Both the position numbers and the translations under genes were made by a program. DNA of 64,000 nt from Rhodosorus marinus CCMP1338 (taxonomy: Eukaryota > Plantae > Rhodophyta), in NCBI GenBank assembly GCA_029953675.1, contig JAMWBK010000004.1, forward strand, positions 1,984,001-2,048,000. The letters are read 5' to 3'. Every line of letters begins with the position of its first letter. The stretch's first letter is position 1. The notes beneath the pieces were generated by a model. That model was not told where the DNA came from. It saw only the letters and a list, made by a program, of their open reading frames with translations, and made no database searches. Below are positions 62,078 to 64,000 of the stretch, one piece after another.

Positions 62078-64000
62078 GTTGTGTATCACACCTACTCCTA
62101 CAATAAAACGCTCTACCAGCCCACCCCACCAACACCGCGTATATAAACGCGCTAGCTCCCCTTAATCTAATTACACACTACGCACGGTACGCGGCACTTA
62201 CTCCCTACCGCAACCCCGCCAATGCTGAAAACAAAAAATTGTACCACTTAATAAACATCAATTTGGCCTAGCTCAATTGATGTCCACTTTCAATTTGACG
62301 TTAAGAAAAACTAACAGAAGCGGAGAGGGGATAGGGAGGCCATGGTAACCCAAACCAGTCTTGTTTACGAGTTGAATGCCACTGCAAAGTGACCACTTTG
62401 ATGAGAATGAAGGCCGCCCCGGGGGGGAGGGGGAGAGGGGGGGTTGGTGTTCATGAACGTATGTGCGGGAAAGGAACGAACTGGAGTTGCTAGAAGGGGG
62501 CAAGAGGCATGCCATGGGAACGGCTGGCGAAGGGGGGTTGGTTTTTTTCGGGGCTAAGCGAGTTTCTAGGTTCTCATCCACGTTAACGCGTTCTATCAAA
62601 TCTCTCCCACCAGAATTCTGGAAGACTACAATTGTGAGAAGAGAAAAAAAGAAGAATCTTGAACGGATGATAGGCAGTCAGTCGAGTCTAAATTATTGGA
62701 AATGATTCGTTTTCGGAAAATCTCGTACTCTTTTTACGGAATTCATGCTCTGAAGCACAACAAAAAGAGCGGGAGGAGGGGAAAGTTTTCTAATTGCAAA
62801 ATTTTTACAAAGGGCGTCTTGGGTGATCAAGTTAAGGTGTTGACTCGCATACGTGGAGAGGGGTGGATAGGAGGACGATTTACATGGAGTATGGGTGCAT
62901 TTTGATTGCTTTTTCGAAATAGAAAAACTCGCGCGTTAGGGGTTGTTGGATTGGATGTACGTGGAGAGCCGTCGGAGCCAAAAGAATGGAAAGAGGGGAG
63001 CAAAAATAGCGAGAAAAGAAAAAGGTTTTGAAGGTTTATTCCTCACTGAAATTGAGTAAGTATTGAATTTTTTTTTGTGGATGCTACCAGTGCGCAGGGG
63101 TGTGTAGCCCGAAAGGAGCAAAAAAAACACCACCGTTTGTTAATGAATCAAGGGGAAAATTGTTAAGTGCTGTATTCACATCCACAAGTTTTCATGAAAA
63201 ATACTTGAGGTATCTGGAAACCCAGAAAAGAGAAACACTTACAGAATTCCGTATACTGATTGCTTCATCTTTTTTAAGGGGACGGGCGCTGGTTTTTGTA
63301 GGACGGATGGGAAAAAGTTTCCTCTGAATGAAAGAACGAAATGGAGCTGTCTTTTGTCTCTTTTTAGTGGGAGGGCTGGTCGAATTGGTGATCCCAAGGC
63401 TATATCTGCGAAAATGGATTAGGACAAAAACAAAAATGTCGATGTAATATAATAGTTAATTTTTAAAATAACTTTGAAGTTGGGTAGTTGTCCGTTTTCT
63501 CTGCGCATCTAAATTCCACCTCTTACCCCTTCAAACTTTAAAATTATTCATGTCGCTATAGCTAATATAGAAGAAAAACAGAGGAATTCGGGACATTGGT
63601 GTCCATCTCAGAGCCCCAAACTCGTAGCATCAAGTAGTTGAGCTTTCGGGCATTGAGAATTCACCTATTCCCGAATAAAAATATGTCGAATAGGTACTTC
63701 CAATACAGTATCGACCGCGCTTTCTTTTGTCGCATTCGTTTTCTGTTGGGGTTCGTTTTTTAAAAGAAAACAAACTCATTCCCTGTCGCCTCGCCACAGC
63801 AAACTTTTAGCCAGTCCTTTCAGCAAAAGACAAAGGTAGTGGAACAACTTTTTGTAAAAGTTTCTCTACTGTTCAGCTGAGCGGGGGCTATGGGCCGATT
63901 CCAAAAAAAAATCTACCGTAATACTAGAAAATATCCCGCGCGAATCCGGTGTCCGCCGGGGGGACCCGGGGGGAAAAAGATTGTGTTCAGATTTGAAAAA

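Overview
Intron-rich eukaryotic nuclear DNA, most plausibly from a red alga. This is an inference from 'MTAFV'-type plastid transit peptides without a signal peptide, a CURT1 homologue, an NYC1/NOL-like reductase and a plastid class I aldolase of the red-algal type. About 18 protein genes can be supported: DCAF13/SOF1, CURT1-like, an L-rhamnose mutarotase-like gene missed by the ORF track, a GT61 glycosyltransferase, NOL-like SDR, DR1/NC2-beta, COQ9, SURF6, BOP1, plastid FBA, a DHHC palmitoyltransferase, an ARID plus SAP30-domain protein, SEC23, bZIP, MED6, an SLC35 transporter, a long-chain acyl-CoA synthetase, delta-COP, NAA35 and a C2H2 zinc finger. The most striking structure is at 50.8-52.9 kb. 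It is a truncated Ty3/gypsy-type retrotransposon (putative 5' LTR, PBS, gag, -1 frameshift signal, protease) that folds back on itself as an apparently perfect 404-bp inverted repeat, so LTR-driven transcription would give a long hairpin RNA, reminiscent of maize Mu killer. Other unexplained structure includes a second inverted repeat (42.3-42.8 kb), clustered GACAGACTGTC palindromes, several 150-175 bp tandem duplications and strongly strand-skewed leader regions. Exon boundaries were assigned by eye and are approximate. Protein family calls are from recognition, not database searches.
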